Origin: a virus
Taxonomy: Duplodnaviria; Caudoviricetes
Direction: 5' to 3' (one strand)
Length of the DNA: 25,282 nucleotides
Virus record (IMG/VR): IMGVR_UViG_3300017722_000571
Span: 1 to 25,282 of that record
Shown: in pieces, positions 9,401 through 15,016 of the stretch
Numbering within the stretch: the first letter of the stretch is position 1
Layout: every line of letters starts with the position of its first letter
The notes under the pieces: generated by a model
Databases searched by the model: none
What the model was told of the DNA's origin: nothing
Seen by the model: only the letters and a program-made list of their open reading frames with translations
Position numbers and translations under genes: made by a program

Positions 9401-9774
9401 CTGTAACAGCATCAACAACTGATGGCGCAATATTTGCATCAGGTAACATTACAGCTTTTGCTGCGTCAGACATTAAGTTTAAAACTAACATCCAAACAAT
9501 CCCTAACGCCGTTGAAAAAGTTAAAATGATTGGTGGTAAGACATTTGACTGGACGGATGAATATATTCAATACATGGGCGGTGAAGATAGTTACTTCATG
9601 CAAAAATCAGATGCTGGGGTTATTGCGCAAGATGTACAAAAAGCTATCCCAGAATTAACAAGAGAACGGGAAGATGGTTCTTTAGCTGTTGATTACCCAA
9701 AACTAGTAGCCCTTGCTTTTGCTGCAATCGTTGAACTAAAAGCAGAAATTGATGAACTAAAAAAGGGTAAATAA
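6424..9774 (+). CDS. Long tail fibre protein with a C-terminal peptidase S74 intramolecular chaperone
   Basis: T/G/S/A-rich; repeats LPVAxGGT, GNVGIG x3 and PTxNQNTxGxAA x3; C-terminus SDIKFKTNI...GVIAQDVQ...VDYPKLV...IVELKAEIDELK is the S74 signature (Ser at 9466). Confidence 0.9.
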   Translation: MPSNYSALKIELMVTGEQSGTWGTITNTNLGTALEEAVVGRATANFTSDANLTISLTDTNATQVARNYILNVTSGVSLTATRNLVVPSINKPYIIENNTTGGQSIVVKTAAGTGVTVPNGKRTMVYANTTNVVAAENHIPDLTLGAALPVASGGTGITSFGTGIATALGINVGTAGAPVVNGGVLGTPSSGTLTNVTGLPLTSGVTGTLPVANGGTGVTTSTGTGSVVLSASPTFTGTLNAANLTTTGNTILGDTSTDTLNVGNGDLVKAANGNVGIGTSSPGVKLDIAGASARINNGTSSSSQLIFGPGVAAFDYANITWNNTVGSQEFKFYADAGFISFYTVAGTSLERMRIANNGNVGIGTTSPTAKLDVLGNARIIQASFTDPILNISQASGTIGNKGIINFSDSTGATSYIYGYGSAFGSGNNYALAFGTNSVERMRIDSAGNVGIGVVPSAWDGTIKAVQVNTIGAIGGTSANFSVSANSYYNSGNDFYITNGLASLYLQANGQHEWRTAPTGTAGASAAVISGRTYIVSVLGSSTLAQWQAFFSALTVLPTLGQTITATATGSIVGGGTVTQKLIYTQKMLLDNSGNLNIAGLTASQAVATDASKNLVSVATTGTGNYVLATSPTLVGPVLGTPSSGTLTSCTGYTYANLAGTVPTWNQNTSGTAAGLSGSQTANTVYAAPNGSAGTASFRAIVAADIPTLNQNTTGSAATWTTSRNLAGNSVNGSANVAFSNKFIVQGTTDTGLSGAQFLGSLGTGIVKNTTSTGVLSIAVAGDFPTLNQNTSGTAAGLSATLVATSGGTGQSSYAIGDILYASTTTALSKLAAVATGNALISGGVGAAPSYGKIGLTTHVSGTLPVANGGTNASAAGITAFNNITGYSAAGATGTTSTNLVFSTSPALTTPTVVTSIDGGATFGAFASSTTLTIGHTGTGAASTTNIATAALTGAFAKTVNIGTSGTTGSTTTINMGSSVGGSTIVRGSFSVGSVTASTTDGAIFASGNITAFAASDIKFKTNIQTIPNAVEKVKMIGGKTFDWTDEYIQYMGGEDSYFMQKSDAGVIAQDVQKAIPELTREREDGSLAVDYPKLVALAFAAIVELKAEIDELKKGK

Positions 9775-10751
9775 TGGCAATTCCAGCATCAGGTCCATTA
9801 ACACTTCAAGACGTTCAAACTGAGTTTGGCGGAACCAACCCTATTGGTATAAACGAATACTACGCTGGTGGTGGCTTAGTCCCTGCTGGAACTACAGGAA
9901 CAAATGGAGCAGTGCCTTCAAGCGGTACTATTTCAATCCAAAATTTCTATGGTACGGCTAATCTATTTAGTTTCAACTTAACTTCAGGTACCGACCTAAA
10001 CCTCCGCACACAAGCATTAGCAGCTGGGTGGGATGGGGCAAGGCCTTTACAAGCTACTATCCCTGTAAGCAATACAATCCAAGCCTCAAGTACAGGCACA
10101 TACGCACTTACAATCAACGGTTCATTCCCAAGCGGGGTTACTCTACTTAATAATGGGATAATTGTAGGCCGTGGCGGTAATGCCGGTGCTGGTGGTAATG
10201 CAGTTGGCACTTTTACAGTAAATCCAGCTGGTAACGGAACCGCTGCTGGCCCAGGATTATTAGTTTCTGTAGCGGTTACCATAGATAATGCAAGTGGAAG
10301 AATTGCTGGAGGAGGCGGCGGAGGCGGAGGTGGTGGCTCTGTTTATATGAACTTCGGAAGAGGGAACACTGCTGGTGCAGGAGGTGGTGGCGGCGGCGGC
10401 GGTATAGGAGTCTCTAGCCTAGGCGCTGGAGGCACTGCTAGTGGGTTTGCTAATAATGCGGCAGGTACTGCAGGTACTGCAGGTACCGTATCGGCTAATG
10501 GTACTGGAGGTGCGGGGGGAGTCTATAATTCTGGGTCACAGTCAATAACTGGTGGTACTGGAGGTGTTGGTGGAAGCTATGGCTCAAACGGTGTAGCTGG
10601 AGCAATTGGGGTAGTAACAGGGGTGGTAAATACGTCAGCTGTAGGAACAGTAGGTGCTGCAGGTACTGCAGGTGCTTGCCTAGCAGGAAATTCTAATATT
10701 ACGTGGGCTGGTGGGACAGCTTTTGGGCAACGAGATGGCGCAATTACATAA
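9774..10751 (+). CDS. Gly-rich gp38-like adhesin (fibre tip receptor-binding protein)
   Basis: N-terminal MAIPASGPLTLQDVQTEFGG...ISIQNFYG attachment segment, then NNGIIVGRGG...IDNASGRIAGGGGGGG polyglycine motifs; coupled (TAATG) to the S74-bearing fibre, as in the S16 gp37/gp38 arrangement. Confidence 0.8.
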   Translation: MAIPASGPLTLQDVQTEFGGTNPIGINEYYAGGGLVPAGTTGTNGAVPSSGTISIQNFYGTANLFSFNLTSGTDLNLRTQALAAGWDGARPLQATIPVSNTIQASSTGTYALTINGSFPSGVTLLNNGIIVGRGGNAGAGGNAVGTFTVNPAGNGTAAGPGLLVSVAVTIDNASGRIAGGGGGGGGGGSVYMNFGRGNTAGAGGGGGGGGIGVSSLGAGGTASGFANNAAGTAGTAGTVSANGTGGAGGVYNSGSQSITGGTGGVGGSYGSNGVAGAIGVVTGVVNTSAVGTVGAAGTAGACLAGNSNITWAGGTAFGQRDGAIT

Positions 10752-10760
10752 GGAAATATA

Positions 10761-11222
10761 ATGGATTATAAAATAGTAGAGTTTAATGAATTAACAGGGC
10801 AAATTACTATATATGTAGAGGGGTTCCCTTTATTTGCAGTAGATTTACCAATTGATGAAAATCAAAAAGTTCCTACTGGAGTAGAACTTGAGCAATACCT
10901 GAAGGGGTTTATTCCGACATGGCATGTAGAACGGCAAGAAAAACTTAGTAAAGGAATAGCAAATACTGAAGAAATTAAGGCGTTAGTTCAACCGTTGTCT
11001 ATAGCCGAACGTCCCTTACAAGATTTACTTTTAGAAGCTACAAGCAGAAGAAATTTAGCGTTATTAAATTCAGACTGGACACAACTTAATGACGTAGATT
11101 TAACAGAAACGGAAAAAGAATTATGGCGTGAGTACAGACAGTCACTCAGAGATATAACTTCTCAAGAAGGATTTCCATCAAATATTATCTGGCCTGCTGA
11201 CATAAATATAGAGTATAGATAA
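10761..11222 (+). CDS. Tail fibre assembly chaperone
   Basis: C-terminal RNLALLNSDWTQL...WREYRQSLRDITSQEGFP..IIWP is the phage tail assembly chaperone signature; RBS AAGGA. Confidence 0.85.
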   Translation: MDYKIVEFNELTGQITIYVEGFPLFAVDLPIDENQKVPTGVELEQYLKGFIPTWHVERQEKLSKGIANTEEIKALVQPLSIAERPLQDLLLEATSRRNLALLNSDWTQLNDVDLTETEKELWREYRQSLRDITSQEGFPSNIIWPADINIEYR

Positions 11223-11764
11223 TGAGTGCTAATATTGAGCTAACACCCCTAATACTAAATGAAAATAAAAATGTTACGTTTTACGAAATAGGGGTTTGTA
11301 GGGCTACCAATATGGTAGAGTTAGTTAAAGCTTGTCCTAATATTACAGAAATAGTAGGCATTGACTCTTATTTAGAATACACAGAAACACTAACTTCAAG
11401 GTATAAAGTATCTGCAAAGTTAAATGAGTACAACAAATCTGTTGCCATTGATAGAATTAATCATAGTGAACATAAAGATAAACTACGCTTATGGGTTATA
11501 GATTCTAACGAAGCTGCATTACAGACAGAAGATAAAAGTATTGATGTAGTGTTCTTAGATGCCTATGTAGTATTTGGGCAAGTTACAAATGACGTCCTTG
11601 CGTGGCACCCGAAAGTAAAAGATGGTGGTATTTTGTGTGGGCATGATTGGTATTCCCTTGCAATACAAAAAGAAGTTTACGAAACCCTTGAGTCTTTAGG
11701 ATACGCAAAAGAAGATGTAAAAACACTAGCTAACGAAGTTTGGTGGATTAGGAAAAACAAATGA
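11222..11764 (+). CDS. Class I SAM-dependent methyltransferase-like protein (Methyltransf_24-like), atypical motifs
   Basis: FYEIGV...VGIDSY...IDVVFLDA...WHPKVKDGGILCGHDW. Confidence 0.75.
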   Translation: MSANIELTPLILNENKNVTFYEIGVCRATNMVELVKACPNITEIVGIDSYLEYTETLTSRYKVSAKLNEYNKSVAIDRINHSEHKDKLRLWVIDSNEAALQTEDKSIDVVFLDAYVVFGQVTNDVLAWHPKVKDGGILCGHDWYSLAIQKEVYETLESLGYAKEDVKTLANEVWWIRKNK

Positions 11765-12174
11765 TTAACTCACGTAAACTAGAAGACTTACATCCTAAAG
11801 TCAAAACGCTATGCGAGCAGTTCATTGCTTCTTGCGCCAAACACAATATTGATGTGCTAATTACGTCAACTTACAGAGATGCGGAGTCACAAAATGCGTT
11901 ATACGCACAAGGCCGTTCAGCTCCAGGCAAAAAAGTAACTAATGCTAAAGGTGGTCAATCCTTCCACAACTGGCGCGTAGCCTTTGATTTTGTACCAATC
12001 GTTAATGGTAAAGCTATGTGGGCGGATACTGCGTTGTTTACAAAATGTGGTGAGATTGCCGAAAGCGTAGGACTTGAGTGGGCTGGACGTTGGGTAAAGT
12101 TTAAAGAATTAGCTCATTGCCAATATACTGGTGGATTAACCTTACATGACTTTCAAGAAGGAAAGAGTTTCTAA
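11761..12174 (+). CDS. Endolysin, M15 family metallopeptidase (L-Ala-D-Glu peptidase-like)
   Basis: STYR...QNALYAQGR...VTNAKGGQSFHNWRVAFD (SxH-x6-D)...WAGRW...ELAH zinc-peptidase motifs. Confidence 0.9.
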   Translation: MINSRKLEDLHPKVKTLCEQFIASCAKHNIDVLITSTYRDAESQNALYAQGRSAPGKKVTNAKGGQSFHNWRVAFDFVPIVNGKAMWADTALFTKCGEIAESVGLEWAGRWVKFKELAHCQYTGGLTLHDFQEGKSF

Positions 12175-12548
12175 TGGACCCGATTACAATCCTAGCGGCT
12201 TTAGGCCCAGTAGCAGTAGACTTAGGCAAATCCCTTATCAATCGTTTTATTGCGCCAGACCAATTTAAACCTGCGACCATCGAGCAGTATGCAAAGATGA
12301 AAGAGATTGACTTAGAGTTCTTCAAGACCATGAACGAAGCTGGCGGTGGTAATGCTAGTTATCCTTGGGTTGAGGCAATTATTCGCTTAATGCGTCCTTT
12401 AATTGGTATAATCGTGCTATCGACATGGGCTTACCTTGCAGTTATTGGTGACGGTGAAGTTAACGAGCAAGTATCTAACTTTGCTTCTGTCATTGGATTC
12501 TACTTATTCGGTGAGCGTAGTCTGTTCTATGTAAAAAAACAAAGATAA
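12174..12548 (+). CDS. Putative holin (3TM-type)
   Basis: Coupled to the endolysin; hydrophobic N-terminus, MRPLIGIIVLSTWAYLAVIG and FASVIGFYLFGERS segments, basic C-terminus. Confidence 0.65.
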   Translation: MDPITILAALGPVAVDLGKSLINRFIAPDQFKPATIEQYAKMKEIDLEFFKTMNEAGGGNASYPWVEAIIRLMRPLIGIIVLSTWAYLAVIGDGEVNEQVSNFASVIGFYLFGERSLFYVKKQR

Positions 12549-12557
12549 GGGTACCCC

Positions 12558-14417
12558 GTGGCGCTATTAAGACTTGCATTAACTCCTGGGATTGATAAAC
12601 AAAACACCGAATACGGCGCCGAGGGGGGTTGGGTAGACGGTGACTTTATTCGCTTTAGATATGGCCTTCCTGAAAAGATAGGCGGTTGGAACTATTTTAA
12701 TAATGGGCCAACATACCTTATCGGGATGACAAGTGAAGTATTTACCTGGAATAGCCTGGACGGCGTTCCCTATGCCATGGCAGGTACTAATAAAAAATTA
12801 TACGTTTTTAGTGGAGGGGACTGGTTCGATATTACTCCTATTCGTGCTACAGGATCTGCAACTTTTACAACACAAATTGGTAACTTTGGCGTTACTGTTA
12901 ATGCTGCAGGGCATGGCGCAACAGTAGGAGATTTTGTTACTTTCTCTGCAGTTACAGGAAATCCAGGTGGAATACCAAATGCCTCATTAACAGGGGAATT
13001 TGAAGTCCTTACTGTCCCTAACTCTAGCCAATACACTATATTATCTCCCGTAGCTGCTTCTTCTAATGCCGCTGCAGCAGGTACTGCTACGGCTACTTAC
13101 CAAATTAATACGGGCTCTGATGTAAGCTATTTTGATTATGGATGGGGAACAGATTCTTGGGGTTTTTCTACTTGGGGAACCCCTAGACCAGCCGGAGCAG
13201 GAATAGGAACAGCACTTTTCTCTAGGGTGTGGCAATTTGATAACTTCGGTGAAAATGTTATTTGCCAACTTGTAAACGGAGGGACATATGTGTGGGAAGT
13301 AAGCACTGGTCCATCTGTCAGGGCCTTTCAGGTATCAGGAGCACCTACTAACAGTAAATACGCTTTGGTGTCCACACCCGATCGTCATTTAATCTGTTTT
13401 GGAACAGAAAATATAATTGGAGATGTGACCTCCCAAGATCCTATGTTTGTACGGTTTTCTAACCAAGAGGACATTAATACATTTACCCCTTCTGCTACCA
13501 ATACGGCAGGTGGACAACGTTTAACAGACGGAAGTCGTATCGTTACAGCGGTCAGATCCCGTGGACAAATATTAATATTTACCGATACTTCATTGCATGG
13601 AATGCAATATATCGGACCTCCATACACCTTTGGATTTTCCCAACTAGGTGCTAATTGTGGATGTATAGGCCCTCATGCGTCTGCGGACGTCAACGGGGTT
13701 GCTATGTGGATGGGAACAGAGGCATTTTACATGTTTGACGGTTCTGTCAAAAAATTAGCATGTACTGTACAAGACTATGTATTTAAAGACTTAAACATTG
13801 TTCAGGCCCAAAAAGTACATGTAGGTATTAACTCTCAATTTAACGAAGTTACTTGGTGGTATTGCTCTTTTACTTCTGACTATATTGACCGATATGTGTC
13901 TTACAATTACCTTGAAAATGTATGGAGTACAGGTACATTGTCACGTACTGCATGGGTAGACATTGGAACTTATTCCAGGCCCTTAGCCACTGATTATTTA
14001 CAAGATGGTACACAGGCATCTATTTCCACGATTAATGGCCTTAGTCCGGGACGTAGTTTAGTATATCTACAGGAGAGTGGCTATAACGATGCGGACGGAC
14101 TTGCGATCCTGTCTTACATTCGTTCTGGTTATTTTGACATTGGAGATGGGGATAACATGGTGTTCATGAAACGATTTATCCCTGACTTTAAGAACCAGGT
14201 AGGGGATTTGACTGTACGGGTATTGCTGCGTGCCTTTCCTTCGTCTACAGCAAGTCCCAGCTCACTAGACCCTTATATCGTGTCTCCGACTACTCAAAAA
14301 GTAGACACGCGCGCACGCGGAAGACAGATTGCATTAAGCATTGAAAATGAGACCGTAGATGGGGCGTGGAGATTTGGTACGATGCGTGTTGATATTCAAC
14401 CGGATGGATTACGATGA
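12558..14417 (+). CDS. Tail hub/nozzle (P22 gp10 / T7 gp12-like DNA stabilisation protein)
   Basis: 619 aa, beta-propeller-like strands (VRFSNQEDINTF, ILIFTDTSLHGMQYIG, GCIGPHA, WMGTEAFYMFDG), C-terminal WRFGTMRVDIQPDG; has an inserted GHGATVGDFVTFS beta domain and a WG-repeat (WGTDSWGFSTWG); GTG start. Confidence 0.7.
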   Translation: MALLRLALTPGIDKQNTEYGAEGGWVDGDFIRFRYGLPEKIGGWNYFNNGPTYLIGMTSEVFTWNSLDGVPYAMAGTNKKLYVFSGGDWFDITPIRATGSATFTTQIGNFGVTVNAAGHGATVGDFVTFSAVTGNPGGIPNASLTGEFEVLTVPNSSQYTILSPVAASSNAAAAGTATATYQINTGSDVSYFDYGWGTDSWGFSTWGTPRPAGAGIGTALFSRVWQFDNFGENVICQLVNGGTYVWEVSTGPSVRAFQVSGAPTNSKYALVSTPDRHLICFGTENIIGDVTSQDPMFVRFSNQEDINTFTPSATNTAGGQRLTDGSRIVTAVRSRGQILIFTDTSLHGMQYIGPPYTFGFSQLGANCGCIGPHASADVNGVAMWMGTEAFYMFDGSVKKLACTVQDYVFKDLNIVQAQKVHVGINSQFNEVTWWYCSFTSDYIDRYVSYNYLENVWSTGTLSRTAWVDIGTYSRPLATDYLQDGTQASISTINGLSPGRSLVYLQESGYNDADGLAILSYIRSGYFDIGDGDNMVFMKRFIPDFKNQVGDLTVRVLLRAFPSSTASPSSLDPYIVSPTTQKVDTRARGRQIALSIENETVDGAWRFGTMRVDIQPDGLR

Positions 14418-14590
14418 GTAAAATCAATAACGTCCGTTTACCCAATGCGGCTACACAACAGTATAGTCCAGAGCAGTTTAACCAGTTAATCCGTTCTTTG
14501 GAACAGATTGTGGTGCAGTTAAATTCAAATTATACCCCTAATGTAACGGAGGATAAGGACCAGGCAATGTCTTGGTTCTTTGGAAATTAA
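14414..14590 (+). CDS. Unannotated 58-aa ORF (MSKINNVRLPNAATQQYSPEQFNQLIRSLEQIVVQLN...AMSWFFGN), putative tail needle/plug N-terminal-like protein
   Basis: ATGA overlap with the hub stop and TAATG overlap with the next gene; contains a short amphipathic helix. Confidence 0.75.
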   Translation: MSKINNVRLPNAATQQYSPEQFNQLIRSLEQIVVQLNSNYTPNVTEDKDQAMSWFFGN

Positions 14591-14928
14591 TGGCAAATTC
14601 ATATAAACGATTTACGCTAGTTTCAACCGGAGCGGCTACTACTACTGTCCTAACAGTACCTCCCGCAACTACGGCTATTATAAAGTCTATTATTCTAGCT
14701 AATCCTTCCGGAGGCGGTATTACAGTAAGCTGTTCCTTTTCTCCTTTAGGGGTAGGGACAGTAGTAGTTTCTCCTACAGCAACGGTGGCTACACTTACCT
14801 ATATTGATTTATTAGCAGGAAAAATAGCAGGGCCTCTTATATTAGAGGCCTCTGATCTTTTAAAAATTACTACTTCTGCGGCTGATTTAAATGTTACTGT
14901 TTCTGCATTGCTTATAGACAGAAGCTAG
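14590..14928 (+). CDS. Small beta-rich virion protein (true start likely 14590, MANSYKRF...)
   Basis: The TAATG coupling at 14588-14592 is in frame with the supplied ORF 14572-14928; TVLTVP...IKSIILAN...ILEASDLLKIT pattern. Confidence 0.7.
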   Translation: MANSYKRFTLVSTGAATTTVLTVPPATTAIIKSIILANPSGGGITVSCSFSPLGVGTVVVSPTATVATLTYIDLLAGKIAGPLILEASDLLKITTSAADLNVTVSALLIDRS

Positions 14929-15016
14929 TGAATTAGTCCATAATTACAACATCTTCGCATCTTAATTCGATGCGCGACCCTGTGAGGTCCTAAACACGAA
15001 TTCGAAAGGTTAAACC
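14929..15016 (+). promoter_or_regulatory. Intergenic leader: candidate -10 (CATAAT 14939-14944), two hairpins and RBS GAAAGG
   Basis: CGCATC(14956-61)/GATGCG(14969-74) and GACC(14976-79)/GGTC(14986-89) are perfect inverted repeats; no U-tract follows either. Confidence 0.5.

Noticed and set aside
2-10751. Diversity-generating retroelement or invertase switching between the adhesin modules
   Set aside because: No reverse transcriptase or recombinase, no near-identical template/variable repeat pair and no inverted crossover sites are visible in the window.
14956-14989. Rho-independent terminator
   Set aside because: The hairpins lack a following U-tract on either strand.
14976-15016. Hammerhead ribozyme (CTGTGA...GAAA)
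   Set aside because: The core should be CUGANGA, and stems II and III cannot be formed convincingly; kept only as an unassigned structured leader.
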